Source: Eledone cirrhosa (taxonomy: Eukaryota). From it: 64,000 nucleotides of DNA. Position 1 is the first letter of the stretch. Each line of letters begins with the position of its first letter. Location of the stretch: NCBI GenBank assembly GCA_964016885.1, contig OZ024750.1:22072001-22136000 (forward strand), in the 5' to 3' direction. Under the pieces are notes generated by a model. It did not search any database, was not told where the DNA came from, and saw only the letters and a program-made list of their open reading frames with translations. Shown piece after piece: positions 1 through 15,300 of the stretch. The position numbers and the translations under genes were made by a program.

Positions 1-1046
1 TGTTTGGTCGGACGTTTTTTTCACGAGATATTTAGAATGACCTTTAACATGTAGGTTTAAATGCTATCAAGACTTCCCTCCTGGTGATTCGCGAGTGTCC
101 AAACAGGGAACCAGTAAAGTAGCACTGATTCCACAATTATAGGCTATATTTTAACATCTTTAATCTTAATGTCCTGTACCGCACGTAATCACATTAGCAA
201 GACATTCTTGAAGAATACAAAACAGTATTATGATCACATTAAAACATAAAGTCTTTACATTAATACTGTAAATTTTCACAAAGATCTATCCACTATTAAA
301 GAAAGATACTACAAACATTTGAAATAACAAACTGACTTTTAGATATTTTCTGTTAAATCATTGCAGGAAGTTAAGAGTTAATATCACTAATGCTATCGAT
401 GTTAATACAACTGATATCAATAATGTTTTGTAATTTTGGCACAAGGCCAGCAATTGTACGAGGGAGGCTTTTAATGGGGTCACTATTTTAAAAGAGAAGA
501 TATGTAGGTATTCAGAATAGTGTAATGATGGATACATTATACCTTGTAACGTAGACAGAATGATCCCCGCCTGGAATGTCTTTGATCATAGATCTGATCA
601 ACCATCACTGACCTGTGACTAACCAACAGCAATACCATGCAAACCAACGTGGAAGCCTCTATGGGTCTTGGTGCACCATATAGCAGTTAAATTTCCTCAA
701 ACTACACCATATCGCCTTAAATATGGAAACACGTTCGATTATGTTGTCCTAGGTATCTATAAAAAAATTGGTTAGTTATGGTTGGAATGTCTGATTATAA
801 ATCGTCTTTCTTCTCGAACAGATTGGGTGAAGGGCTAAACAACAACAACAACACTAATGTTTGTACTAACTCGCCCCCGCCCCACCCCTCTCCACACACA
901 CACTCCACATATGGCATTGCTTTGTGGTTTTCGTTCTGAGTTTCTGCGCTTTGAGTTTAAAACCCACTGAGGTCAACTTTGCCTTTTATCCTTTCGGGGT
1001 TCGATTTCCCCTCTATATGTCTCTCTCTCACTCTCTCTCACTCTCT

Positions 1047-1116
<70 letters not shown>

Positions 1117-1704
1117 CTCTCTCTCTCTTTCTTTCTCCCTCTCTCTTTCCTTCATTTGGAGAAATCGACTGTGTTTAGACCTGGAGAGGAGATAGGTTCC
1201 GCCAGATTTAAGACATCCAAGACATGTTGTATGTTACTAAGGCACCCCTGCGAGTTCATCAGGAGTTACGGGTCCTTATATACAAAAGGATAGCCAGCAA
1301 TTACCGAATACTTCATTTTTAGATTCATTCTATCATATTCTATGAGATAAGATCTATCAAAACACCACCACCCTATCTTTAACAGGAGTTCAAATTCGTA
1401 GGTTAAAAACGTATTTTTTATATTAGACTGTATGCAAGTGGTTTGTAAGAGGTCGTATATATAATAGTCCATTATAGTACTGCGTGAGGGATTCGCTCTC
1501 GGCCTTCACCTATTGTCATGCCGTCATAGTGCCGGTTGCTACCTACTCTATGACGCTCCCAATGAGACCATTAAGCGTGGGTGGCGACCGGCCATATTCA
1601 CTGGTATCGGGATGTGAGCTCTACGCGTAGGAATGGGATTCTGAAACTCTGTCCGGGCTTATATCATTGGAATAGAGATGCTATATGTTGCTGATATCTA
1701 CATC

Positions 1705-1771
<67 letters not shown>

Positions 1772-1917
1772 AGGATACTGATCTGTCAGCGGTGAACCCA
1801 ATGTTCATTTAGCTTCAACGAGGAAGGGTCTGTCCTAGATGGTGGGTGTTTTCTTTAAATATAGTCTAGAATGTGTGTGTATGTGTGTGTATTCCATCCC
1901 CATGTATAATATATTAC

Positions 1918-1962
<45 letters not shown>

Positions 1963-2339
1963 TTTGCCGGCTGTATTTCACATTTCCTCCTTTAAACGTT
2001 TAATTATTTATAGCGTGTATGTTGGACCTCCGCCAGTTTCGATGACGAGCGTTCCAGTTGATTTGATCAACGGAACAGCCTACTCGTGAGATTATCGTGC
2101 AAGTAACTGAGTATTCCACTGACACATGCACCCTTAATGTAGTTCTGATGGAGATTTAGTGTGACACGGATTATGACAAGGGTGACCCTTTGAATTACCC
2201 AGAGAACTAATTTTTGACAGTTGAATCAACTGGAGTAAGGTGAAATAAAGTGTCTTGCTCAAGCACACGATACACAGCTGGGAATCGAACTCACAACCAT
2301 ATGATTGAATACCCTAACCGCAAAGCCACGTGCTTTCAC

Positions 2340-2995
2340 ATCTATAACATCTGCAGTGATTACATCTGTAATGACATCTATAACGACTACATCTGTAACG
2401 ACAGCATTTGTAACGGTTACATCTGTAACGACGACATCTGTAATGACTACATCTGTTACTACCACATTTATAGTGACATCTGTAATGATTACATCTCTAA
2501 CAACCACATCTGTAGTGATTACATCTCTAACGACCACATCTGTAGTGATTACATCTCTAACGACCACATCTGTAGTGGTATCTGTAACGGCATCTGTAAT
2601 GATTACATCTGTAACGAAGACATCTGTAATGATTACATCTCTAGCGACCACATCTGCAAAGATATCTGTAACGGCTACATCTGTAACGACATCTGTCCTG
2701 ACTACATCTGTAACGAAGACATTTGTACTAATTACATCTCTTGCGACCACATCTGTAGAGATATCTGTAACGGCTACATCTGTAACGACATCTGTACTGA
2801 CTACATCTGTAACGAAGACATCTGTACTAATTACATCTCTTGCGACCACATCTGTAGAGATATCTGTAACGGCTACATCTCTAATCACATATGTAGGGAC
2901 AACTGTACTGACTACATCTCTAACGACTACATATGTAATGATTACATCTGTAACGATTGCATAGAGAGCGCTTACATCTGTAGTGACATCTGCAG
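2340..2995. repeat. Minisatellite of 12/15-bp units ending in acatct
   Basis: gtaatgattacatct / gtaacgacatct variants, with a higher-order repeat in the 3' half. Confidence 0.85.
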
Positions 2996-3159
2996 GACAA
3001 CACTCCTACAATGTAATGACACCTCTAGCATCTATTCCCCCAATATTATCTGCAATAACACCTCTGATATTTATTTTTCATGGTATTAAATTAGATATCA
3101 ATAAACTATATTGTTGAACATTGTCAGGCAGTTGTCCAAAATTATGGAGATTAGACCAT

Positions 3160-3245
3160 TTTGCCTTTCATCCTTACGGGGTCGATAAAATAAAGAACCA
3201 GTAATGCACTGGGTAATTGCTGGCCTTGTGCCTAAAGTAGAAACA

Positions 3246-3277
<32 letters not shown>

Positions 3278-3675
3278 CATTTACGGCCCTTTATGATCTG
3301 AGTTCAAATCCCGCCGAGGTTAACTTTGCCTTTCATCCTTATGGGGTCGATAAAATAAAGTACCAGTCACGCACTCGGGTCGACTTAATCGACTTTCCCT
3401 TCCCCCAAAATTTCTGGCCTTGTGCCTATATAAGAAACCATTATTAGGGCGATAGATTGGCAGTATCGGTAGAGGGGCGGACGCCATGTTTTGCTGCATA
3501 GAGTTACGGCCTTTTATGGTCTGAGTTCAAATCCCGCCGAGGTTAATTTTGCCTTTCATCCTTACGGGGTCGATAAAATAAAGCACCAGTAACGTACTGG
3601 GGTCGATTTAATCGATCCCCCCCCCCCCAAAAAAAAAAAAAATTACTGGCCTTGTGCCTATATTAGAAATCATTA
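3160..3675 (+). mobile_element. Three tandem family-1 SINE copies (two 5'-truncated)
   Basis: Same core and (TTA)n tails as 15301-16490. Confidence 0.85.
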
Positions 3676-3956
3676 TTATGCTCATATGTATGTGACGATG
3701 GGGGAGGGGGTCGAGGAAGAGTGAAAAGAAAGAGAGAGAGACAAAGATTTGATGGGAGGGGTAATAGTAACGGTGTAAAGAAGAAGAAAGAGAGAAGAAT
3801 GCTGAAGGAAAGGGGCAGTGGCAAAACAAATATATATATATATATATATATTACTGACATAAAAACTTACACAGACACACATACTTTTTCTCTCTATTCT
3901 CACACACAAGTATACACATACACACACTTTCTCTCTCTCTCTCACTCTCTCTCTTA

Positions 3957-4001
<45 letters not shown>

Positions 4002-5140
4002 GCACATACACACACTTTCTCTCTCTCTCACTCTCTCTCTTACTCTCTCTCTCACACACACACACACACACATGATATACTGAGAACTGAGGCTGGTGGC
4101 GGTAATGGTTGTGGTGAGGTGGGGGAAAGCAAAGACTTTAGTTTATTATTTTAAACTAATATATATACTTTTTTTAATCAGGGAGTATTTAACTCATGCA
4201 CTTTAGTGTAATTAAATATCGTCTACTAAACTGAACCTTTCACAAAGAATTAAATTTCCCCTTAGATTAGCTTATTCGATGACAATTAATAAAGCACAGA
4301 GGGAAGCATTTAACAACATAGGGATTTACAGTGCTTAGTCATGTACAGTTATATGTTAAATTCTCTAGTGCTAGGGAATTAACTGATGTTTTTGTTAGGG
4401 CAGTTAAAACCAATAAACAAGGGAAACTGTATCCGGAAAATGAAATCGTAAAAGAGTAAATAAAAGAAAAAGAGAGGTTATATGTCTTAATCCGTATGGT
4501 GAGAAAATGGGATCTCACGTGCTGGCCTCCCCACAGCTCCGGCGGACAGAATGGAGAAGGCGTTTCCCCGGAGGATGGTAAGGGAGATGCGCTGGAAGAG
4601 CCATTCCAACTCGCGAGTCTCACACCTGCGGCTGGCAGGTGTGAGACTCGCGAGTTGGAATGATTAAATCGACCCCAGTAAATTACTGATGCTTTATTTT
4701 ATCGACCCCGTAAGGATGAAAGGCAAAGTTAACCTCGGTGGGATTTGAACTCAGACCGTAAAGGACCGTAACTCTAAGCTGCAAAGCATGTTGCCCGACA
4801 CTGCCAATTCACCGCTCTTATAATGATTAAAATAATAAAAAGATGAGGATAGGGGATTGGCAGAATCGATAGAACCTTTGAAAAAAATGCTTTGCAGTAT
4901 TTCCTCCATGTCTTTACATTCTGAGTTCAAATCCCTCCGAGGCCAACTTTGCCTTTCATCCTTCTGAAGTTGATATGATTTATCGATTGGATAAACCCCC
5001 ACCTCAACCCACCCACCACTGCCACCACCCACCACCAAATAAAATAACGAAATTGCCGGCCTTGTGCTTGAATTAGAAACTTATTAAAAACACCAATAAC
5101 AAACAAATTAATACTTTTTTTCTCTCTTTTTCTTCTTCAG

Positions 5141-5642
5141 ATCTTTCGATGAATATCTTGCTGGCTTCGGCAATTTCTCTGGAGAATTCTTCGTTGGTTT
5201 AGAGAATCTGAATCGCATGACTCTCAGTCAATCTTACACTCTGAGAGTTGACGTGAAAAGTTCTGCTGGAAAATGGTATTTTGCCGTCTACAACAACTTT
5301 GCAGTGTCCGACGAAACTGACCAGTTCCGCCTGAAACTGGGCAACATGACAGCTAGCAATAGCGATGACGTCATGGAAGAGTCACGTGACAAACCGTTCA
5401 GTAGTTATGATCGCGACAACGATGATTGGTCGGGTGGTAACTGCGCTCAACATTTCCGAGGAGGCTGGTGGTCTGGTAACTGTATAACAAACCTTAACCA
5501 ATTTTGGTGCCAAGCTGGTTGTCTGAGGTGGGGTGACACACGAGTTATCTCATCAATAATGCGTATTAGACCGACTTCTACTGCTGACCCTGATGATATG
5601 ACTGAAAGTCCTAATCCAGTCGGTTTTACAATTAACGAATAA
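5141..5642 (+). CDS. Terminal exon of a fibrinogen-related domain (FReD; FREP/ficolin/angiopoietin-like) gene
   Basis: Strong polypyrimidine acceptor ...ttttcttcttcag at 5140 (phase 2). Reads SFDEYLAGFGNFSGEFFVGLENLNRMT...LRVDV...YNNFAVSDETDQFRLKLG...FSSYDRDND...NCA...GGWW...C..NLN...MRIRP, all hallmark FReD motifs. Stop TAA at 5640-5642. Upstream exons not found in the window. Confidence 0.93.
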
Positions 5643-5695
5643 ACTTTATTACTCAAGGACTGTTTAAGATAATTAGTTGATTCTAATTACAGAAC

Positions 5696-5701
5696 AATAA
5701 A
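5696..5701 (+). promoter_or_regulatory. Candidate polyadenylation signal of the FReD gene
   Basis: AATAAA about 55 nt after the stop codon; the motif is common in AT-rich DNA. Confidence 0.5.
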
Positions 5702-5829
5702 TACTCATAAATTCCACCACACCAGATTCTTTCGTTCTTTCACATCTTCTGAAAGTCTCCGAACGTTACTTAATACAAATACACCCTACAATAATCGCAT
5801 CATAGTCCTCATCATAGTCATAGCCTTAA

Positions 5830-6085
5830 GATTAGTCATATCTTAAGTTTTATCTTAGGCCTTCCCGCGTTTTAAGACGCACAAGACAGCAAGTTTCTGC
5901 CAGCATGGTTTATCAGTCGCAGTTCTCTCCACCACTGTCTAACGGATTTTTGCGTGTCAGAGGTCCTCCTGGAATGTTCAGCGCCAGGTACACTTCGGCT
6001 GCCTCCCCAACCACACCCCACCCGCTTTCCCTTCTTCGATATACATGTCATTACACTCCTTGTATGCCGAGGTGCTGGCAGGTAG
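5830..6085 (-). mobile_element. Decayed RTE-clade LINE 3' end
   Basis: Minus strand reads GRQPKCTWR*TFQEDL...TATDKPCWQKLAVLC, matching the RTE C-terminal GRP..TW...DL...A.DR..W pattern. Confidence 0.65.
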
Positions 6086-6387
6086 GTGTAAAATGTGACT
6101 TACATCTAGGTATATTAAAGCATGTGTAAAATGTGACTTACATCTAGGTATATTAAAGCATGTGTAAAATGTGACTTACATCTAGGTATATTAAAGCATG
6201 TGTAAAATGTGACTTACATCTAGGTATATTAAAGCATGTGTAAAATGTGACTTACATCTAGGTATATTAAAGCATGTGTAAAATGTGACTTACATCTAGG
6301 TATATTAAAGCATGTGTAAAATGTGACTTACATCTAGGTATATTAAAGCATGTGTAAAATGTGACTTACATCTAGGTATATTAAAGC
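6086..6387. repeat. Perfect 38-bp tandem repeat, about 8 copies
   Basis: Unit gtgtaaaatgtgacttacatctaggtatattaaagcat; no spacers. Confidence 0.95.
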
Positions 6388-6620
6388 CGATTCGGTAAAC
6401 AACTACGAATCGAAAGCACAGAATCGTTAAAGGTTCGGTCAAAATGCTTTCGGAACTTAATTCCTGCTCTTTACATTCTGAGCTCAAATCTCACCAGGGT
6501 CAACTTCGCCTTTCATTCTCTCTTGGTCGTTAAAATAAAGTACTTCTCGAGTACTGAGGGCAATATAATCGACTTCCTTTTCCCCTTCTTGCAAATTGCT
6601 GGCCTTGCACCTAAATTAGA

Positions 6621-6662
<42 letters not shown>

Positions 6663-6678
6663 GCTGCTGCTACTACTA

Positions 6679-6710
<32 letters not shown>

Positions 6711-6735
6711 CCTGCTACTACTGCTGCTGCTGCTG

Positions 6736-6801
<66 letters not shown>

Positions 6802-6929
6802 TCTATTTAGTGGATTTAAAGAACATTTCTGGGAACAAGAATTGAGAGTTAGACAGTATAAAAAAATAAAAATGATTGAAGAACAAAAATAAAAGAAATA
6901 ATTAATAATAGTTATAAGTGTATGTATGT

Positions 6930-6986
<57 letters not shown>

Positions 6987-7004
6987 TATATGTATGTATA
7001 AATG

Positions 7005-7055
<51 letters not shown>

Positions 7056-7335
7056 GAGGTTAGTTTTATTGTAGCACAATAACGCAATGCAAATATCGGA
7101 TAAGTAGCACTCCACAGTCTATAGGACAGGAGTATAAAAATAATATAAGATCAAAAGATGGTTAACCATCTTTTGATCTTATATTATATATATATATATA
7201 TATATACAAATAAATATATATGCATGTATAAATGTATATATACATTTTACATTGAGCTATTTTCATACTTGTGCTTGGGTAATATATATATGTATATATA
7301 TATATATAATATATATATGTATATATATATAATAT

Positions 7336-7412
<77 letters not shown>

Positions 7413-7413
7413 T

Positions 7414-7554
<141 letters not shown>

Positions 7555-7567
7555 GTATATATATATG

Positions 7568-7903
<336 letters not shown>

Positions 7904-8475
7904 TATATTACCCAAGCACAAGTATGAAAATAGCTCAATGTAAAATAACAAGTATACTACAGAGCCGAAATACAATGTAGATGACAATCAAAGAGTGTTT
8001 AAAACAATGAGTGTTTAAAACATTTAATCACGTACGATCGTTTCGTCCTAGCACAAGGTCGGTTTCATCGGAGTAGATAATAAATGTCAAACAGAAATAT
8101 GATATCAGAACTTTGTCACAAGAGACTAGATAAGCATAAGTATCAAAATTTATATAAGATAACAGAGGCGGAAGAAGTATATGAAAAATAGGAGCATATA
8201 AATGCAATAAATATTAGGAGCAGATAAAAGCATTAAAAATTAAACATTAAAAAAATAAGCTGTTATATAAAAATTATAAAACATGCTGCTACAGAAAGGT
8301 TAAGTACAGTGAAAACATATATCATAAGTAGTAAAGAAAATTAATAAAGTTAATAAGAGAAGGCATGCAATTCAAATATAAATTTTAAAATACATCTCCC
8401 AAAATTATTTTTAATAGTGCATTAAAAAAAAGTGATTAAATGTTTTAAACACTCTTTGATTGTCATTTACATTGT

Positions 8476-8568
<93 letters not shown>

Positions 8569-8605
8569 GTGTGTGTGTAGAATATATATATATGTGTGTG
8601 TGTAG

Positions 8606-8682
<77 letters not shown>

Positions 8683-8702
8683 TATATATATATATATATA
8701 GT

Positions 8703-8763
<61 letters not shown>

Positions 8764-8796
8764 CTATATATATATATAACTATATATATATATATA

Positions 8797-8847
<51 letters not shown>

Positions 8848-8855
8848 AGATATAG

Positions 8856-8886
<31 letters not shown>

Positions 8887-9157
8887 CTTAATGACGAAAT
8901 TATTCACCTGAAATCGTATTTTTATGAAGAACAACACTTTTGTATAGGACATGTAAATTTTTTTGTATTTGTTTATTTTTCGTGTGTATGTTTTTTTTTA
9001 TTATTTTATTTCTATTTCTATACGTAACAGAATAATAATTGACTTAAAGTTTCTTCGACGTCAAATTTCTCTGTGTATTACCTTTTATGTGCTATAAAAT
9101 AAATATTATTTCAAACTATGTTTCTTCATTCGGTCAACTTATTTCGGTCAACTGTTA

Positions 9158-9626
9158 CAGCCACTTCTCACTTAACGAACTGGTTCCGTTCCACCAGTCG
9201 TAAATCGAATTGGTCGGTAAAGGAATTTCTCGTTTAACGATCAGGTTTCTTTCTAACAACCCGGTTATAAAATATATTTAGATATTGTTTTAATATCCCT
9301 CGTCAGCTTATAGTGTCCATATTGAGACAGTATAAAAGGTTACAAAATGAATTATGAAAAAAAAATGGTTAGATTATAACGGAAACACTTATCTTAGTAA
9401 TGTAAATCTGTTTTATTTCTCAAAACTGTTACAAACATTTAAAAAAAATATTTTAAAACATAAAAACAGGATTTGCTGGATAAAGAATATAAAAAATACA
9501 AAACAAAGAAAATTACATAAAAGTAATTTAAAACGTACATAGTATATAAATATATGTACTCAAAAAATTACGGTCGTTAACATGGGAGATCGTTAAATGA
9601 ATCGATCGTTAAGTGAGGAATTGCTG
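9158..9626. mobile_element. Non-autonomous Tc1/mariner-pogo (Tigger-like) MITE
   Basis: TA|cagccacttctcacttaacga ... tcgttaagtgaggaattgctg|TA: imperfect TIRs with a TA duplication. Confidence 0.72.
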
Positions 9627-9699
9627 TATTTTCCCGGTTATTCATGTTTCCTTGCAGAATTTTTCTTGTTTTCTTTTTTCTTCCTTTATTAACTTGGAT

Positions 9700-10000
9700 A
9701 TAAGAAAGTTTCGTTGACAAATTTAGAACTTCTTTCAATTGTTCATCATAGTCTTAGACTTCCCGATGTGTCCAGCAATCGACAACTGCGAGGAAGGCCT
9801 ATGATCCACCACACAAGGGCAAAGAGATCTTACCGAGTACCAGCAGTCACTATCACTAATCTTTACTTTGCTACTGACACAGCACTGGTATTTAATTATC
9901 ATCGAACGGGAAATTTGACTCAAATACTTGCAACAGACTGGACTCAGTTAAAGGCAGCCAAGAACCAGGTGTTGATTCTAAAAAGTTGAAGCACATCAAG
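9700..10000 (+). mobile_element. Decayed RTE-like reverse transcriptase fragment
   Basis: RAKRSYRVPAVTITNLYFATDTAL resembles the R.SRR.PA..ITDLDFADDIAL motif; the catalytic DD is degenerate. Confidence 0.6.
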
Positions 10001-11264
10001 CCTAGTAAACACACCACCCCAGTAAGCCACAAGGAGATTTCAACTGAGAATGTGAAAAGCCTGAATACATATCGCACAAAATATTAAACCAGATGATGGA
10101 TTGAATCTAACACCCAAAAGGTCAGAAGGCAATGACAAACACATATATCCTCTAACAATTCCACCAATCCATTGTCCTATACAGGTAGGCATACGGCATG
10201 GTGGTTAGTGTGTTGGACTCCCAATCATAAGGTCGTGGATTCAATTACGGCACTTGACTGGCGTGTTGTGTGCTTGTGTTGTTGCTTTTGATAGTAGTAT
10301 TGGAACCCTTATCATTGAAACACCAAGAAGCCTCCAATGAGATTCAATTTCATTTTCATTTCCTAGACTGGTACTTTATTTTATCAACCCCAAATAGATG
10401 AAAGACAGAGTTGGCTTCACCCAGAATGTTGTCTTTATATCAAATACCTTGCTGTATTTAACTCATAACATCATATATGGATTTAGCAGAAAATATCTAA
10501 AATTGGGTTTCTTTATTCAGATGTTTAAAGTACCTTTAATAATGGACTGATACATGTGAACATTTGCAGTATTAGAATAATTGTTTCTACGTTAGGCAAA
10601 AGGCCAGCAATTACCCAGTGTATTACTGGTACTTTATTTTATCGACCCCGTAAGGATGAAAGGCAAAGTTAACCACGGCGGGATTTGAACTCAGAATGAG
10701 TTTGCAGTATTAGAATAATGACTTTAACTCTTAACATCCTATAAGGATTTGGGAGAAAATATCTATAAACGAATTTGTTAATTCAGTTGTTAATAGTATC
10801 TTTACTGATGGACAGATCGTTGTAAAAAATTGCAGTATTGAAGATTTTAATTTTTAATGTGACGCAGAGCTCTTTTATAATTTTCAAGAATATTTTGCTA
10901 ATGTGATTTCATGTGGTACATGACGTTAAGAGTTAAAATCCTTGCTCTGCACTAGAACCACAGAACTGATACAACTGAAAATTTTGAAGTTATGACTAGT
11001 GAAGTTGTTTTTTAGACCCAGGTCACATTCTAATCGAAAAAGCCTATTTTAAAAGATGTCCAGTCATGATCCCCTTGTCGCAAATTCAAACACAGTATAT
11101 CTAGGACAACATTACACATGGCTGCCTTCATTTTTTAAAGATAATAGTGCATGATTTGAGAAGATTTGTTTGCTACTTCTAGCATATTGAACGACCAAAT
11201 TAGGGCGAGCATAAACAAAAACAAGGGCTATTCATAGAAACTAACACATTTATTTAACACAAAA

Positions 11265-11680
11265 TAATACATTTAACACAGGGTCATACATTTAACATAG
11301 GTTCATACATTTAACTTTGAATCACACATTTAGCTAAAAGTCATACATTTAACATGTGGTGATACATTTAACACAGGGTCATACATTTAACACAGGGTCA
11401 TACATTTAACACATGGCCATACATTTAACACAGGGTCATACATTTAACTTAGGGTCATACATTTAACAGAGGGTCATACATTTAACATGGGGTCATACAT
11501 TTAACACAGGGTCATACATTTAACATGGGGTCATACATTTAACACGTGGTCATACATTTAACATAAGGTCATCCATTTAACACAGCGTCATACATTTAAC
11601 ATAAGGTCATACATTTAACACAGGGTCATACATTTAACATAGGGTCATACATTTAACATAGGGTCATACATTTAACTCAA
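11265..11680. repeat. 19-bp minisatellite
   Basis: Unit catttaacacagggtcata; degenerate continuation at about 11980-12450. Confidence 0.9.
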
Positions 11681-12469
11681 GCTGACACAAATTTAACAGT
11701 GAATGCATGTTATTCAGGTGATGGGGTGTTGCTCGTTGTGTCCTTCAGGAAAACACTTTATTTCACATTGCTCCAGCTGGTAAACAAATGAGTTGTACCT
11801 GTAATTCAAAGAGCCAGTCTTGTTACACACTGTGTCACGCTGAATCTCCCTGAGAACCACGTACATGTGTCTGTAGAATAGTTAGTCACTTGCATGTTAA
11901 TTTCATGAGCAGCAGGTTTCGTTGACTGAATCAACTGCTACATTTATTATCGATATTGACGGAGATCCAGCTACAACATATTCAACTCAGGGCCATAGAT
12001 ATACCACAAGGCTACATATATTTAATCCAGACAACATATTTAGACGAAAGTCCCAAATATTTAGTATAAGGCTACGCATTTAACATATGACAACACATAT
12101 TTAGCACAAGGTCATTTATTTCGCAGAAGATCATACATTTAGCGTAATATCCCGTATTGATCTTAGCATACATTTTGTACAAGACCACATATTTAACACG
12201 AGACCACGCATATTTAACATAATTGTTTCTACTTTTGGCACAAGGCCAGCAAATACCCAGTGCATTACTGGTACTTTATTTTATCGACCCCATAAGGATG
12301 AAAGGCAAAGTTAACCTCGGCGGGATTTGATCTCAGAATGGCAAGGGCAGTAACTCTATGCGTCAAAGCATGGCGTCTAACCCTCTACCGATACTGCCAA
12401 TCCACACATATTTAACATAATGTCACCCATTTTTAACACAAGACCATACATATTTAGAGACTTGACTTT

Positions 12470-13320
12470 TTGGCCATGCCAAGGATTTATATCTATTTCT
12501 GCATACACTGCAGTGATGGACATTACTTCCACTTTGGTTCACTGTTTTGTTTTAGTGAGCCTTCAAATTACGATGGGGTCCATTGGCCGAGACCCATTGT
12601 TTTCCACACTTCCGAGAGGAAGTACTGCCAAAGAGACCATAATCAGCAACATTGTGTACATGGCTTCTATGATGACTTGTAAAACCAGCTTTACTGGGAA
12701 AAAATTCGGCCATACTCATTGCACATAAAGTTATTTTGAGCATTTGAAAATCCAGGTAAAGTAATATTGTGTAGACCCTTACGCAGATCCCCTCATTAAT
12801 ATTTCATGCTCTATACGAGATTTTCAAATTCCTGTTTTCCCTTAAACAATGTTTTCTTTCAAGATCGTCAATCTAAGGCAATGTCTTCCCAATTATCTTT
12901 GACTTTTTACTTTATCAAAGCTCTCTTGATGTAGAAGTTATACCTGAGTTTGGTTTATGTTTTAGTCGTTAGATTTTGACTAACTCCCCACACATTAACT
13001 ACTTAGGAATACGATCATCTGGCATCCTTACAATATGGCCGCTCCAGTGCAATCTATATTGAATTGAGAGATTCAATACTTCCAAAAATGACTTCGTTTC
13101 AGCACTTTAACATAAGTCATATGTGATTGCCAATGGATACTGAATATTCAGCGAAGACACTGTTGATAAAAATATTCAAGCATTTAACGCCTTTAACTTT
13201 ATATCAATGGAAATTCCACGTCGACACTAGAGATACCCATCTAACTTACCAAATAATGACTTGCTTTCTTTAGTCGTAACGAAATTTCATCATCAAGGAT
13301 GTTTATCATGTTAACTGCGT
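12470..13320 (-). mobile_element. Decayed RTE (BovB-like) LINE 3' region
   Basis: Minus strand gives QQCLR*IFSIHWQSH, LHWSGHIVRMPDDRIPK*LMCGE and degenerate terminal Zn-finger-like segments (KAGFTSHHRSH, KCGKQW); many stops. Confidence 0.78.
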
Positions 13321-13361
13321 TGTATAAATACACAAACTTATCTACATCCGTCAATGTTTTG

Positions 13362-13775
<414 letters not shown>

Positions 13776-14058
13776 TGGTAGCTAAGATGCTTCCATAGGC
13801 GGTATGCCGGTTGAGCACTCTATGCTCTTACAGAGCAGAGTATGATATAATATAAAACGAAAAATCAGTGATGCATCTGAACTCAATTTATTGTGTGTTA
13901 CAATTGTTTCGCCGGCGGACGAAATCATTAGACGTGTCCGTCGAACCTGAGGGTCAAGAATCAGACAGATCCACACAATGATCGCGTCTCGAGCTGTCCG
14001 CCGGCGAAACAATTGTAACACACAATAAATTGAGTTCAGATGCATCACAGATTTTTCG

Positions 14059-14176
<118 letters not shown>

Positions 14177-14319
14177 TATATATACATACATAAATACATA
14201 CATACATACATACATACATACATACATACATACATACATACATACATACATACATACATACATACATACGTATGTACTTACATACATACATTACATTACA
14301 TACATACATAAATACATAC

Positions 14320-14830
14320 AGCTGCCCAGCAGATGCCAATATAATATCAAAGATTAACGAAAAGGAGAATATTTATGCAGAACTGATGAGAAATCTGCAG
14401 ATACTCCACCCTGATTACACCTTCAGATTTATGCCTGTGATTATTGGGGCACTGGGATATGTTAGTAACTGACTCAATACAAATCTTGAGAAGCTGGGCT
14501 TCAGGAACAGAAAGAACAGAACTAGTTAGGAAATTACAAGTACAATCCATTAATGGAACAGTTAAAATATGTAAAACATTACAAAAATTTTGCATCTAAT
14601 AACTGCATATATACATGTACAGATACAAAGCATATACACACATACAACTCAAAACATCCACATCCACACATACAATAACATCCATATCTACACATGCATG
14701 CATGCAGGCATACATACATAATCTACCTAGTTGATGTTGTGTAAATTCCAATGAGAGAGTCTTGTGTCTATGTTAGAAACCGACTCTCTCTCTATTGGTA
14801 AAATTTGTGAAATTATAAAACCAGAAGAAC
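14320..14830 (+). mobile_element. R4/Dong-type LINE 3' fragment, decayed second copy
   Basis: [19 protein letters not shown]...LHPDYTFRF.PVIIGALG, then a premature TGA. The UTR is near-identical to 56259-56500 and ends ccagaagaac(atac)n. Confidence 0.85.
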
Positions 14831-15300
14831 ATACATACATACATACATACATACATACATACATACATACATACATACATACATACATACATACATACAT
14901 ACACACGCCGCACAAACAAAGAAAAATCTCCACGTTATTTATTAACTTTATTGTTGGTGTTATTGTTGTTACTCTTGTTATCGTTGTTATTGTTGTTATT
15001 GCTGTTATTGCTGTTATTGTTGTTACTGTTGTTACTGTTGTTATCGTTATTATTGTTGTTATCGTTGTTATTGTTTGTTTCTGTTCTTCTGTGTATTATA
15101 GAAATGAGATTTATTTGTCAAGAACAGAACTGTTTGATTATTTCCTGTATAGAGAGAATGTGATACAAACCAACAATAATTAACACAATCACAAAACATA
15201 CACACACTAAACCTGTTCTTTCTTTACGTTTTCATTGGTTGGTTGGTTTGTTTGTTTCGATTGTTTGCTATTTAATCATTCTCTTGTCATTATTATTATT

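Noticed and set aside
6086-6387. CRISPR-like 38-bp repeat array
   Set aside because: Units are contiguous with no spacers, there are no cas genes, and the context is eukaryotic; it is a minisatellite.
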